Below are positions 38,437 to 46,773 of a stretch of DNA of 64,000 bases, one piece after another. Within the stretch, counting starts at the first letter, position 1. The number at the start of each line of letters is the position of its first letter. Made by a program: the position numbers and the translations under genes. The stretch comes from Verrucomicrobiota bacterium (GTDB lineage: Bacteria > Verrucomicrobiota > Verrucomicrobiia > Limisphaerales > UBA9464), in assembly GCA_017309115.1 (NCBI GenBank), contig JAFLEF010000018.1, forward strand, positions 20,572 through 84,571. The letters are read 5' to 3'. Under the pieces are notes generated by a model. The model was not told the origin of the DNA, ran no database searches, and was given only the letters and a program-made list of their open reading frames with translations.

Positions 38437-38697
38437 TCTGAGTCCGGCGGCCAGTCCCTTCCCTAGCTAGGCGAGGCTCTCGTCACCGTTTCGCGGCACC
38501 CCGGCGAACGGCGGACGGGTCACGCCGCCATGGCCCATTAGTTCGTGCGATTTCCCGCAAGGAACGCTCGTCCGAAGGCAATTCCCCCAAGCCCGGTCTC
38601 TTGGGACCTCTCCGCCCCCATCGCGGGGAAACATTCCCCGATTCCTCGACTCCCCGCCTACTAAGCCCTCCACCAAGGCGCTCACGGGACTTACTCA

Positions 38698-38879
38698 CAG
38701 ATTACCTGGCACTCTGTGAGAAGGGGTGATCGTGTGACAATAGATTGCCTGGCACTCTATAGAGACACCCTGGCCATCCACACAGAGTGTCAGGCAATCC
38801 ATCGCAGCCAGAGCTTCAGATCACCTGGTACCCTGTAGAAAGGCGGCCACGCACGTCGTCAGATTGCCTGGCACTCAAT
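38698..38879 (+). repeat. Cluster of five REP-like motifs downstream of the transposase, one inverted
   Basis: cagattacctggcactctgt (38698-38717) and tagattgcctggcactctat (38741-38760). An inverted copy cagagtgtcaggcaatccat (38783-38802) could pair with the previous one as a hairpin. Then cagatcacctggtaccctgt (38817-38836) and cagattgcctggcactcaat (38860-38879). Confidence 0.85.
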
Positions 38880-39022
38880 GGTGGCGTTTGTGGGAGCTAT
38901 CCGGAGGGCGCTCGTTGCTCGTTTGAACGCCGGGACAACCCGTTCGACAGGTGGGGCAGCAGTTCCGGGAGTCGGACCTGCCCGGACGACGAAGTGAACA
39001 AACGGGTGTAAAAACCCACCGT

Positions 39023-41959
39023 CTAGGCTTCGTTGAGAAGCAACGAGGCAAGCGCCTGCGCGGTGGCGGGGTGTGCGACGAGCAAAGGCGAGCCGATAGG
39101 TTCGCTTGGGGTGCCGATGACCGCCCTTGATTCTTCGCTTGTCGCCTCGTCCGCGGGTCGTTCGTCATGCCACTGCACCGGCTGTCCGAGCAGGCTGGCG
39201 AGGGCTTCGACCGTGCGGGGATAGGACCTCAGCAAGGCTTGGGCGCTGGGATTGCCTGAATTGGCTTTCGCACTCGCGGGGGATAGGGATTTGGCAGTAC
39301 TGGTGCTCGTCAGGCGCTGCTCCCAGGGAGGGTTCCAGCCCTCGAGGGAGGATAACGTGCGGGGAAAAACGTTGGCGGACTCCTTCAACAGCGTGGCGAG
39401 AGTGCCACTGGCTTGGGCATGCTCGCGCAGGCTCATGAGCAGGGCTGGCAACCACGGCATAAGAACCTCGTCGGGCAGCCAGGCGAAGGCTTTGCTCATC
39501 AGCTCCACAGTGAAGCTGCTCATGACGGGAGTGAAGGACAGCGAGAGCAGGAACCCGTTGAGCCAAGCGGGTAGCGTACCGAGGGCGACGGGGTTATCCA
39601 GCACCCGGTCAAACTGCTCACGCAAGCTGCTGAGGTTGCGCAGCTGGAGGACGCACTCGACCGACCACAGAAGGGCGAGTTTGACGGGATCCGTGGCGGT
39701 GAGCGCGGCTTGGCGTATGGCGATGATCAGCTCGCTGCGCTCGCAGCCGAGCGATAGTGCCAGGCTTTCCAACGTGAGGATGAACTGCAGCATGGCGGCG
39801 ACGTCAGCGGGCTTGGCGCTGCGGTCGTGAAAGGTTGTGGGCAGCAGCGAACAGTAGTGCGAGTAGCCTGTGGTCACGAAGTCGGCGCACCACTCCGGCA
39901 GGCGGGTGAAAGAACGGTAGTAGTGAATGAGCCGCGAGATTCGCGCGTAGATCGCGGCGGCGTCGCGCACATCGGGCTCGCTCACCAGCAGCGCTCGAGC
40001 TTGGGAACCGAGGTCGGTGACGAGGCGCTCGCTCTTTAAGAAGAGGATGGCCTGCTCCACGGCTTCCAGAGCATCGACCGTGCGCGCTGTTTCCGCGAAG
40101 GCTTTGCGGCGCAGACGCTGCTCGAGCACGAACTCAACTGTGATGCCCTCGTAGCCGAGTTGGATGATGCTGCCTTGGTAACGGCCGAGGGCGAGATCCC
40201 AGCTTTCTTGGTGCGGCGGCGCGGCACCCAGCTGGCGCTGGCCCATGATGGGCCGGACGACCTCGGCGGGTAGCAAGCACCGCAGTTTCCACAGCAAATC
40301 GGAGGCCGGCAGCCAATCCGGGTGCTTGGTGAAGTCGAGCAAGGCGCGCTGGACGTTGCGCGCCTCTAGCTGCACGGGCAGGAGACTAAGGCGGTCATAG
40401 ACATCGCGCGCTAGCGGCGGCATGGAGTCATAGCCGATACGCCCGATGCGGTCACCGCCGAGCAACTGGTCGCACAGGCGATTAATGTCGCGACGCTTGG
40501 GCACCTGGTCCTTCTCCAGGCAGGTGATCGCCGCATCGCGGAAGTCCCAGGGCGTGGGGTGGGCGCGATTGCGTAGGTGGCAGAGCAGCATGCTGGTTTG
40601 GTACACGGCGATGCTGTCCGCCGTGCTGGACATGTAGCCATGCTTGCGAGCGAGGGCGACGATGCCCGTGCACCAGCTAAGGAGGGTCTCCTGATCTTCG
40701 TCAGCAGTCGGCGGCGGCTGAGCCAGGAAGCCGAGCAATTGGCCTGTGCGGGAGGGCGGCAGGGAGGCGGGAATGGCGCGGGGCTTCTTCGCGGTGCTGG
40801 TACCCTGAGGGAGCTTCTCTCCCGGATCGGTCGCATCAGCCGGAGTGGACTTCTTCGGTAGCTTGAAAGCCGAGAGCCGGGCTTTCCGCAGCTCACTGCG
40901 CCAGCGGTCGTCGGCGATGCTAAGGCTGCCTGGGGGATGGCCGAACTGTCGCTCAATTGCGGCATAACTGCTGGGCAGCAGGCCGTAACGCCACTTCGTA
41001 CCACTGACCGGCGGGATGTCCCACAGCACCGAGCTCTCGGCGCCAAATTCGGGAACGCGGCTTACGGCGTGGGCTGCTCCGCAAATGTAGAGCGCCTCTT
41101 GGGGGCGTAGCCCATGGGCCGTTAGGTAGGACTTCATTCGCGTCCACATGAAGCGCTCGCGCAGCTCATCCTCAGCAATGTCTTCCTCCCGGCGTCCGAG
41201 GCGGCGGATGAGGCTGCCGACAAGGAAAAACACCTCACGGTAGTGGGCATAGTCTGAGCCGATGACCGGCGCTTCCACATACTGGTCCCACCACTCGCTA
41301 TAATGTGCCACGCGGGCATTGCGGAGCAGCACTTCGGTGAAGCTGCTGAGCGTCGGCAAGCTGGAGCCCAACTCCACACCTCGGGCATCGCCATGAGGGT
41401 GGGCGAGGGCCTCATCATCTTCAGCGGGCGCCTCGGCGACAGCCGCCTTCTGCTCGCTGGGTTTGGGCTTCCACTGGAACACGTGGTCGCTGCTTCGATC
41501 GACGAAAACCAGCTCCGTTCCTGGCTCCGTGAGGCCGAATAGGATGGCTTGATACTCCGCGGAGAATTCCGACAAAGGGCACACCAGATTGAGCGGAGCC
41601 CAGTCTGCGGGAAAACCTTCCGCCTCCGAGGCGAAGGCCTGTAGGGCCACCGGCAGTGTGCACTCTGCCAGGCCTGCGAGTAGTGGTCGCAGATCCTCGC
41701 AGCACTCCATGAAGATGACTCGCGGCGCGCGCTCTCGGAGGCGGCGCACCATGTGCACCGCCGATGACGGCGAGTGATGGCACACCGGGAAGATCTCCAA
41801 AGGCTCGCGCATCGCCCGCTCCACGTCGTCGACGAGACCGGCGAGAATGGTGGCGAGCGGTTGAGCATCCGTGGCGAAGGCTTCTGCCGCGACGCGAATC
41901 TGCGCGCGGAGCGCTTCGTGGGCAGCGAGAGGTACGGGGGGTGAGTTGGGGGAGGACAT
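39023..41959 (-). CDS. Large DUF5682-like (YehM-like) protein, ~978 aa
   Basis: N-terminal LEIFPVCHHSPSSAVHMVRRLRERAPRVIFMECCEDL resembles, from memory, the [R/C]HHSP...P.v[IL].E.p.D opening of the DUF5682/YehM family. Long helical C-terminal region. Start moved to ATG 41959 (MSSPNSPP), which has GAGAGG 10 nt upstream and lies 14 nt after the AAA+ gene stop. The track ORF start at 42025 would overlap that gene by 52 nt. Confidence 0.55.
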   Translation of the reverse strand: MSSPNSPPVPLAAHEALRAQIRVAAEAFATDAQPLATILAGLVDDVERAMREPLEIFPVCHHSPSSAVHMVRRLRERAPRVIFMECCEDLRPLLAGLAECTLPVALQAFASEAEGFPADWAPLNLVCPLSEFSAEYQAILFGLTEPGTELVFVDRSSDHVFQWKPKPSEQKAAVAEAPAEDDEALAHPHGDARGVELGSSLPTLSSFTEVLLRNARVAHYSEWWDQYVEAPVIGSDYAHYREVFFLVGSLIRRLGRREEDIAEDELRERFMWTRMKSYLTAHGLRPQEALYICGAAHAVSRVPEFGAESSVLWDIPPVSGTKWRYGLLPSSYAAIERQFGHPPGSLSIADDRWRSELRKARLSAFKLPKKSTPADATDPGEKLPQGTSTAKKPRAIPASLPPSRTGQLLGFLAQPPPTADEDQETLLSWCTGIVALARKHGYMSSTADSIAVYQTSMLLCHLRNRAHPTPWDFRDAAITCLEKDQVPKRRDINRLCDQLLGGDRIGRIGYDSMPPLARDVYDRLSLLPVQLEARNVQRALLDFTKHPDWLPASDLLWKLRCLLPAEVVRPIMGQRQLGAAPPHQESWDLALGRYQGSIIQLGYEGITVEFVLEQRLRRKAFAETARTVDALEAVEQAILFLKSERLVTDLGSQARALLVSEPDVRDAAAIYARISRLIHYYRSFTRLPEWCADFVTTGYSHYCSLLPTTFHDRSAKPADVAAMLQFILTLESLALSLGCERSELIIAIRQAALTATDPVKLALLWSVECVLQLRNLSSLREQFDRVLDNPVALGTLPAWLNGFLLSLSFTPVMSSFTVELMSKAFAWLPDEVLMPWLPALLMSLREHAQASGTLATLLKESANVFPRTLSSLEGWNPPWEQRLTSTSTAKSLSPASAKANSGNPSAQALLRSYPRTVEALASLLGQPVQWHDERPADEATSEESRAVIGTPSEPIGSPLLVAHPATAQALASLLLNEA

Positions 41960-41973
41960 GGCTAGTGTGCCTC

Positions 41974-43125
41974 TCACTTCATCGCTTCCAAGGTCTCGAT
42001 CCCGGCCTGGGCGAAGGCTTGCCAATCCCCTCCGGCTTTCTTGGCCTGCTTCTCGATAGCGCCGTGCCAGAACTTGCTGAGAATTGACACATCCTCCGGG
42101 ATGCGGCGCACGAGGGTGCCGATGACGCTGCGGGCCAGCGCCTCCGGCTCGAGCTGAGTGGCACCAAAAAAATTGCCATGCAGTACCGCATCCTCCAGGG
42201 CGCCGATTTGCTCGGCGGTGGAAAGACTGCTTTCCAAGCGGTTGTCTTCGCTCTCCTGACTGGCGGAGGTTTCGCGAAGATCGGCGAAGGTCTGCAGCAG
42301 GATGTCCAGCATGGCCGGCGGAACGCTGACTTCGAATTTGTTGCGAGCCAGCAGTTCGCGAACGCGAAAGAGCACGATCTCCTTCTCCGACTTCTTATTC
42401 GTTACCACCGGAATTTGTACGAAGTTGAACCGACGTTTGAGTGCGGTGGAGAGATCGTTCACGCCGCGGTCGCGGGCATTCGCAGTGGCGATGATGTTAA
42501 AGCCAGGCTGGGCGAAGACGACGTTGTCGCCCTTAAGCTCCGGGATGGTGACATACTTCTCCGACAGGATGGATATGAGCGCATCCTGCACATCACTGCT
42601 GCAGCGGGTGAGTTCCTCGAAGCGACCGGTCGCGCCCAGCTGCATGGCTGTCATGATGGGCGAGGGGATGAGACTGTTGCGCGACTGACCGGCCGCGATG
42701 ACCATGGCGACGTTCCACGAATACTTAATGTGATCCTCCGTAGTGCCGGCGGTGCCTTGCACAACGTACGTGCTGTTGCCGCAGATGGCGGCAGCGAGCA
42801 ACTCGGCCAGCCAGCTCTTGCCCGTGCCGGGGTCGCCAATCAGCAGCAGTCCTCGATCACTTGCGAGCGTCACGATGGCGCGCTCGACGGTGCGTGGGTC
42901 ACCGTAGAATTTCTGGACGATGGGACGCTCCAGTTTGTCCGCAGGCGTGCTGCCGAGGATGAAGGTGCGGATCATCTTGGGGGACAGCTGCCAGGTAAAG
43001 GGACGTGGCGCGGTATCAGCCGTCCGCAACCACGCCAGCTCTTCGGCGTATTTGATTTCAGCCGGCGCGCGCAGGATGGTGGCTGACACCGGGGCGGGTA
43101 CTTCGGATTTGGTGGCTTTGGACAT
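41974..43125 (-). CDS. MoxR-type AAA+ ATPase (AAA_5 / dynein-related subfamily; YehL-like)
   Basis: Walker A LLLIGDPGTGKSWLAE. Walker B/sensor region GRFEELTRCSSDVQDALISILSEKYVTIPEL. GFNIIATANARD. A single AAA module of 383 aa. Confidence 0.8.
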   Translation of the reverse strand: MSKATKSEVPAPVSATILRAPAEIKYAEELAWLRTADTAPRPFTWQLSPKMIRTFILGSTPADKLERPIVQKFYGDPRTVERAIVTLASDRGLLLIGDPGTGKSWLAELLAAAICGNSTYVVQGTAGTTEDHIKYSWNVAMVIAAGQSRNSLIPSPIMTAMQLGATGRFEELTRCSSDVQDALISILSEKYVTIPELKGDNVVFAQPGFNIIATANARDRGVNDLSTALKRRFNFVQIPVVTNKKSEKEIVLFRVRELLARNKFEVSVPPAMLDILLQTFADLRETSASQESEDNRLESSLSTAEQIGALEDAVLHGNFFGATQLEPEALARSVIGTLVRRIPEDVSILSKFWHGAIEKQAKKAGGDWQAFAQAGIETLEAMK

Positions 43126-43253
43126 GTCAGGGGAAGGGATTGGGCAGGCGATAAAAAGTGGTGAACTAAAGCGAAGTCTTGGATGGCTCAGGTGGGGCTC
43201 AGATTGGCGCCGAACTCGGCCAAACGTGCGGGTCTGAGGATGGCGGCATGGGG

Positions 43254-44699
43254 CTAGCGGCAGAGGTTCTTCTTTAGTTCAGCGATGAGCTTTTTGATGT
43301 TCCCGGTCAGGACGGGGCAGCCGATCTTCTTGAGTTCGTCTTTGAACCAGCCGTCGAGGGAGTAGTAGCCGGTGCCGGAGACGGAGGCGACCGGGAGGAA
43401 TTGAACGCCACTTTCCTTCACGGCTTTGATCATGGGCATCAGCTCGCGGCGTTCGTAGAAGTCTGAGATCCACACCATGGTGGTGCGTCGTGCGTCGGCG
43501 ATGTGGGCGCGGGCTTCGACCATTGCCAGCGGCCCATCATTGCCGCCGCCGAGGTTGGTGCGCATGAGCGCTTCAAAGGGATCATGGACCCAGGGCGTGA
43601 GGTCGATGACCGAGGTGTCGAACGCGATCAGCGTCACCTTGATGCGCGGCAGGCTGGCAAAGATGCTGGCGAGGATGGCGCACTGCGTCATGGCGTTGAC
43701 CATGGAGCCGCTCTGATCCACGACCACGATCAGGTAGTTGTTCAGCTCTTTCTGGGCTGTGTGGCGATAGTATAGGTCGTCCACATAGAGCTTGCCGTCG
43801 CCGGGGTTGTAGTTGGGCAGGTTCTTCCAGACCGTCCGCTTGAGGTCCAGATTTCGGAAGATACGGCGCGGTGGAACGGAACGGTCGATGCGGCCAGTGG
43901 AGCTGGAGAGCACTTGCTTGCGCAGAACCTCAGCGAGCGAATCCACATAGCGCCGCATCAAGGCGCGGGCGTGCTGGAGGGCCTTGCCGCTCAGCTTGCC
44001 TTTGAGATGCATGAGCTGCTCGGCCAAGGCCGCACTGGGCTGGAGGTTTGCGGCGAGGCCGTCTTGGCTAAGGACCTCCAGCAAGTCCATTCGCTGAATG
44101 ATGTCACTCTCCATGGCCTGCAGTTCGGCACGCAGCTGTTGGTCATCAATTAGTTCGCGGTTGCCACCAGGGCCACCACCAGGCCCGAGTCCTCCACCAG
44201 CGCTTCCGCTGCTCGTCCCTGCGCTGCCACTGCCGCGCAAGATGCCGGGCGCATAACCGAAGGCTTCCTCAAAGGCGGAGACATCAGCCAACCACTGGGT
44301 GTACTGCTGGGCGCTGCACTGTGGGGCTCGGGCGTTCGGGCCGAAGACATTGAGAAGGATCTTGGAAAAAACCAGCGTGCGAGCCGTGCTGATCGAGGTC
44401 GGATCTACCTGGGCAGTAGGAGTGATGGAATCAGTCGGATCACCCGCCGCTTCGGCAGTTCCCGCCCCGGCCGTCACCCGCGTGATGTCTGCAAAGTGGG
44501 GCCTCAGTCCAGGGTACCGCTTCTGCAGCACCTCCAGGCTCATGCCTGAATCCAGCAGCGCCAGCGGTAGGTTCTCACGATTCACGATCTCGGACACCTG
44601 ATCTTGGAAGCCTTTGATGAGCTCATCCTGGGCAAAGCAAGCACCGATCAACCGCCAGTAGCTGACTGCTCGTTCCTTTTGGGCAAGCGTTAGACTCAT
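43254..44699 (-). CDS. VWA domain-containing protein (CoxE/YehP-like)
   Basis: The C-terminal half carries a von Willebrand A fold with the MIDAS motif LIVVVDQSGSM, followed by T...IAFDT...GGGNDG. The N-terminal ~250 aa are helical and Gly-rich (GSGSAGTSSGSAGGGLGPGGGPGG). Confidence 0.75.
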   Translation of the reverse strand: MSLTLAQKERAVSYWRLIGACFAQDELIKGFQDQVSEIVNRENLPLALLDSGMSLEVLQKRYPGLRPHFADITRVTAGAGTAEAAGDPTDSITPTAQVDPTSISTARTLVFSKILLNVFGPNARAPQCSAQQYTQWLADVSAFEEAFGYAPGILRGSGSAGTSSGSAGGGLGPGGGPGGNRELIDDQQLRAELQAMESDIIQRMDLLEVLSQDGLAANLQPSAALAEQLMHLKGKLSGKALQHARALMRRYVDSLAEVLRKQVLSSSTGRIDRSVPPRRIFRNLDLKRTVWKNLPNYNPGDGKLYVDDLYYRHTAQKELNNYLIVVVDQSGSMVNAMTQCAILASIFASLPRIKVTLIAFDTSVIDLTPWVHDPFEALMRTNLGGGNDGPLAMVEARAHIADARRTTMVWISDFYERRELMPMIKAVKESGVQFLPVASVSGTGYYSLDGWFKDELKKIGCPVLTGNIKKLIAELKKNLCR

Positions 44700-46021
44700 G
44701 CGCGCAGCAGGCGCGAGGCCCGCTCCTCCAATTGGGATAGTGTTTCCGTCTTGAGCTTCGTCAGTCGGCCCGCGATGCCTTGGCCTAAGCGCAGGCCGGC
44801 CTTCAGCTTGCCACTGCCGCGGAGGGCTAGGGGTTGCAAACGCCAGCCTTCATCCCAGCGCAGGAGGGCGATCATGCCGGTGGTCGCGCCGAGTTGCTTT
44901 TCTTCGACCTCTGCCTGCAAGCCAGCGAGGCGGTCCAGGGCCAGCGGCAGCGCCACCGTGCCAATCTGCACCAGGCCGTCCGCAATGGTGCAGGCCTCGA
45001 TGCGCACCATTTCCGCGAGATGCACGGGGTGGCGAGCGGTCGCTCGCAGCGCGGGTACTGGTGCCCAGTCGGCCGCAAGCGCGAAGGGATCTGAAGGCCC
45101 TGCCAGCGATGCTTCGCCGTGCACCGTAAGGTCGCCCGCGCGGCTCAGTTCGGCTGCCTCCAGTGCCAGGGCTTTGCCCTCAGCCAGGGCTTTGAGAATG
45201 GGCTGTGCCACGCTCCCGAAGGCGCGCCAGACTTCGTCGGGTCCCAAGACGCTGACTTTCCACGAAGCAAATGGCCAGCGCACCACCTGCAGCTGCCCAT
45301 TTGTCTCCAACACGCCCCACAGGGTGGCGACCACGAACGACCGATGCGCTCGCACGTCCACACCACAGGGATGCAGCCGGCCACTGACGGTGCGGAAGGA
45401 GGGAGCCGAAGTGATGCCCTGTGCCCCGAGCATTGACGCGCACCACAGGTCGGTCCAGCGCCGTGCCGGCAACCCTGCCCGCTGCTTCTGCTGGAGCACC
45501 GCGATGAGCTCATCGCAGAAGCCTGCGAGCAACACCGCTTGATTGCACAGGCTCGCGCGGGCTTGCAGCTGAGCCTGCACCGAGGCGAAGGGCATCAAGT
45601 TGGCCTCAGTGAGATTCTGCAACCCGGCGACCGCCAACTCTGCCAGCCACTGCTGCACTCCGCCGAGCAGCGGGGCGTCATCACCGGTGGGCAGCAGATG
45701 AGTATCATCCTCGTCAGAAGTGGCGCCGTGCACTTGTTCGCGCAGGGCGTCGTAAGCGGCACCGAACAAAGCGCTGCGGCCCGCGGCAAGGCCAAGGCAA
45801 GCCGAAGCGGAGAACTCGGAGCGCTTCAGCCGCGAAACGGCATCGGCGACCAGTCCGCCCAATGGCGAGTGCGCGAGCGTGCCGGCCAGCGCGTCCAGAT
45901 CTTGCCGCAAGGCTTCGGGCAGGCGAGAGAGCCCAGTCATCAACGCGGCATCAACCGCGCCGGCTTGGGACAGTGCCTCACTAAGCCCGGCGGGTGGGGT
46001 TTGAAGAGAAGTGAAGTCCAT
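44696..46021 (-). CDS. Hypothetical protein, 441 aa, no recognisable motif (operon member)
   Basis: Long ORF with normal composition. Its stop overlaps the VWA start as ATGA (44696-44699), and it starts 49 nt after the SWIM-like gene. No catalytic or binding motif recognised by eye. Confidence 0.6.
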   Translation of the reverse strand: MDFTSLQTPPAGLSEALSQAGAVDAALMTGLSRLPEALRQDLDALAGTLAHSPLGGLVADAVSRLKRSEFSASACLGLAAGRSALFGAAYDALREQVHGATSDEDDTHLLPTGDDAPLLGGVQQWLAELAVAGLQNLTEANLMPFASVQAQLQARASLCNQAVLLAGFCDELIAVLQQKQRAGLPARRWTDLWCASMLGAQGITSAPSFRTVSGRLHPCGVDVRAHRSFVVATLWGVLETNGQLQVVRWPFASWKVSVLGPDEVWRAFGSVAQPILKALAEGKALALEAAELSRAGDLTVHGEASLAGPSDPFALAADWAPVPALRATARHPVHLAEMVRIEACTIADGLVQIGTVALPLALDRLAGLQAEVEEKQLGATTGMIALLRWDEGWRLQPLALRGSGKLKAGLRLGQGIAGRLTKLKTETLSQLEERASRLLRA

Positions 46022-46070
46022 GAATCTCGGCTGGAAACGGATTCGCTGAAGCGGTGCCGCTGGGAGGTCC

Positions 46071-46523
46071 CTAAAACCAATTCATCTCGGGCACGAAACG
46101 CTGCGGCGCCCGCAGCGCTGTGAGGCGCAGGTAGTCAAGGAAGCGGCTGAAAATCACGGCCACGTTGTCTTTCACCTGCGTGCCCTTCAGACCCATGAGG
46201 TGGGTCATCGCGGTGGCCCCTGGTTCCGCGCCGAGGATCGCGAGCACAGATTCCTCCCCGTACTCCTCCACAGCCTCCTCCACGAGTTCGCAGATATGCT
46301 TGCAGGGCGAGCCGCGCAAGCCGCCGCAGGGACGGTTGTTATTGGTACTGCAGGAGTAGTGGCCCGTGCTCAGTTCTATGAAGGAAACATAGACTCGCTC
46401 GATGTCAGAGCCGCTCGATACTACGCCTTGAATTCGACCTTCGCGGATCTCCACAAAGGGAACCTTCTTGACCGCTCGTTTCCCGCTAAACACCGGCGAA
46501 GGGAGGAAGCTCAGGCGCGACAT
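46071..46523 (-). CDS. Small SWIM-like zinc-finger protein (150 aa)
   Basis: HYSCSTNNNRPCGGLRGSPCKHICELV gives a C-x7-C-x7-C-x-H arrangement followed by a helix, like a SWIM finger but without the canonical CxC. Start taken at ATG 46523 (MSRLSFLP), because the 91 upstream codons of the track ORF are Arg-rich and look non-coding. Confidence 0.55.
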   Translation of the reverse strand: MSRLSFLPSPVFSGKRAVKKVPFVEIREGRIQGVVSSGSDIERVYVSFIELSTGHYSCSTNNNRPCGGLRGSPCKHICELVEEAVEEYGEESVLAILGAEPGATAMTHLMGLKGTQVKDNVAVIFSRFLDYLRLTALRAPQRFVPEMNWF

Positions 46524-46773
46524 GCGAGCGATGGTGAATGCCTGCCCCGCAGCAGGCGAATGGATTTTGCTCCTGGCGATCCTGACCTTGGAGACCCGCT
46601 GGCAAAGTAGCCTGCCGCGAAGCGGGGGTGATCGCCTCGAGTCCCGGAAAGGTCGCTGGTCTAGCATTCGGATCACGCGTGGTGCCGGTTTCGGGGCGTC
46701 GCGGATTCGATTGCCTCGCCGCGAGTCCGGTTTTGAGCTGGAAACGGGCCGGTTCCTTCCCAAGCCTCGCGCC

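Larger units (their letters stand above)
37185..38879 (+). mobile_element. REP/RAYT module (Y1 transposase flanked on both sides by its presumptive REP sequences)
   Basis: Nine copies of one 20-bp motif are confined to the two flanks of a single HUH-Y1 transposase gene. I did not see the motif elsewhere in the window. Confidence 0.6.

Noticed and set aside
38467-39168. Short ORFs (61-97 aa) between the transposase and the DUF5682-like gene
   Set aside because: They run through the REP copies or overlap the 3' end of the large gene, have Arg/Gly/Pro-rich translations and no ribosome-binding context. I treated the region as non-coding REP-bearing DNA.
42178-43086. 302-aa plus-strand ORF inside the MoxR-like gene, and similar ORFs at 44751-45542 and 45539-46123
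   Set aside because: All are antisense to operon genes with clear Walker, MIDAS or continuous coding signals, and have arginine-rich noise composition.
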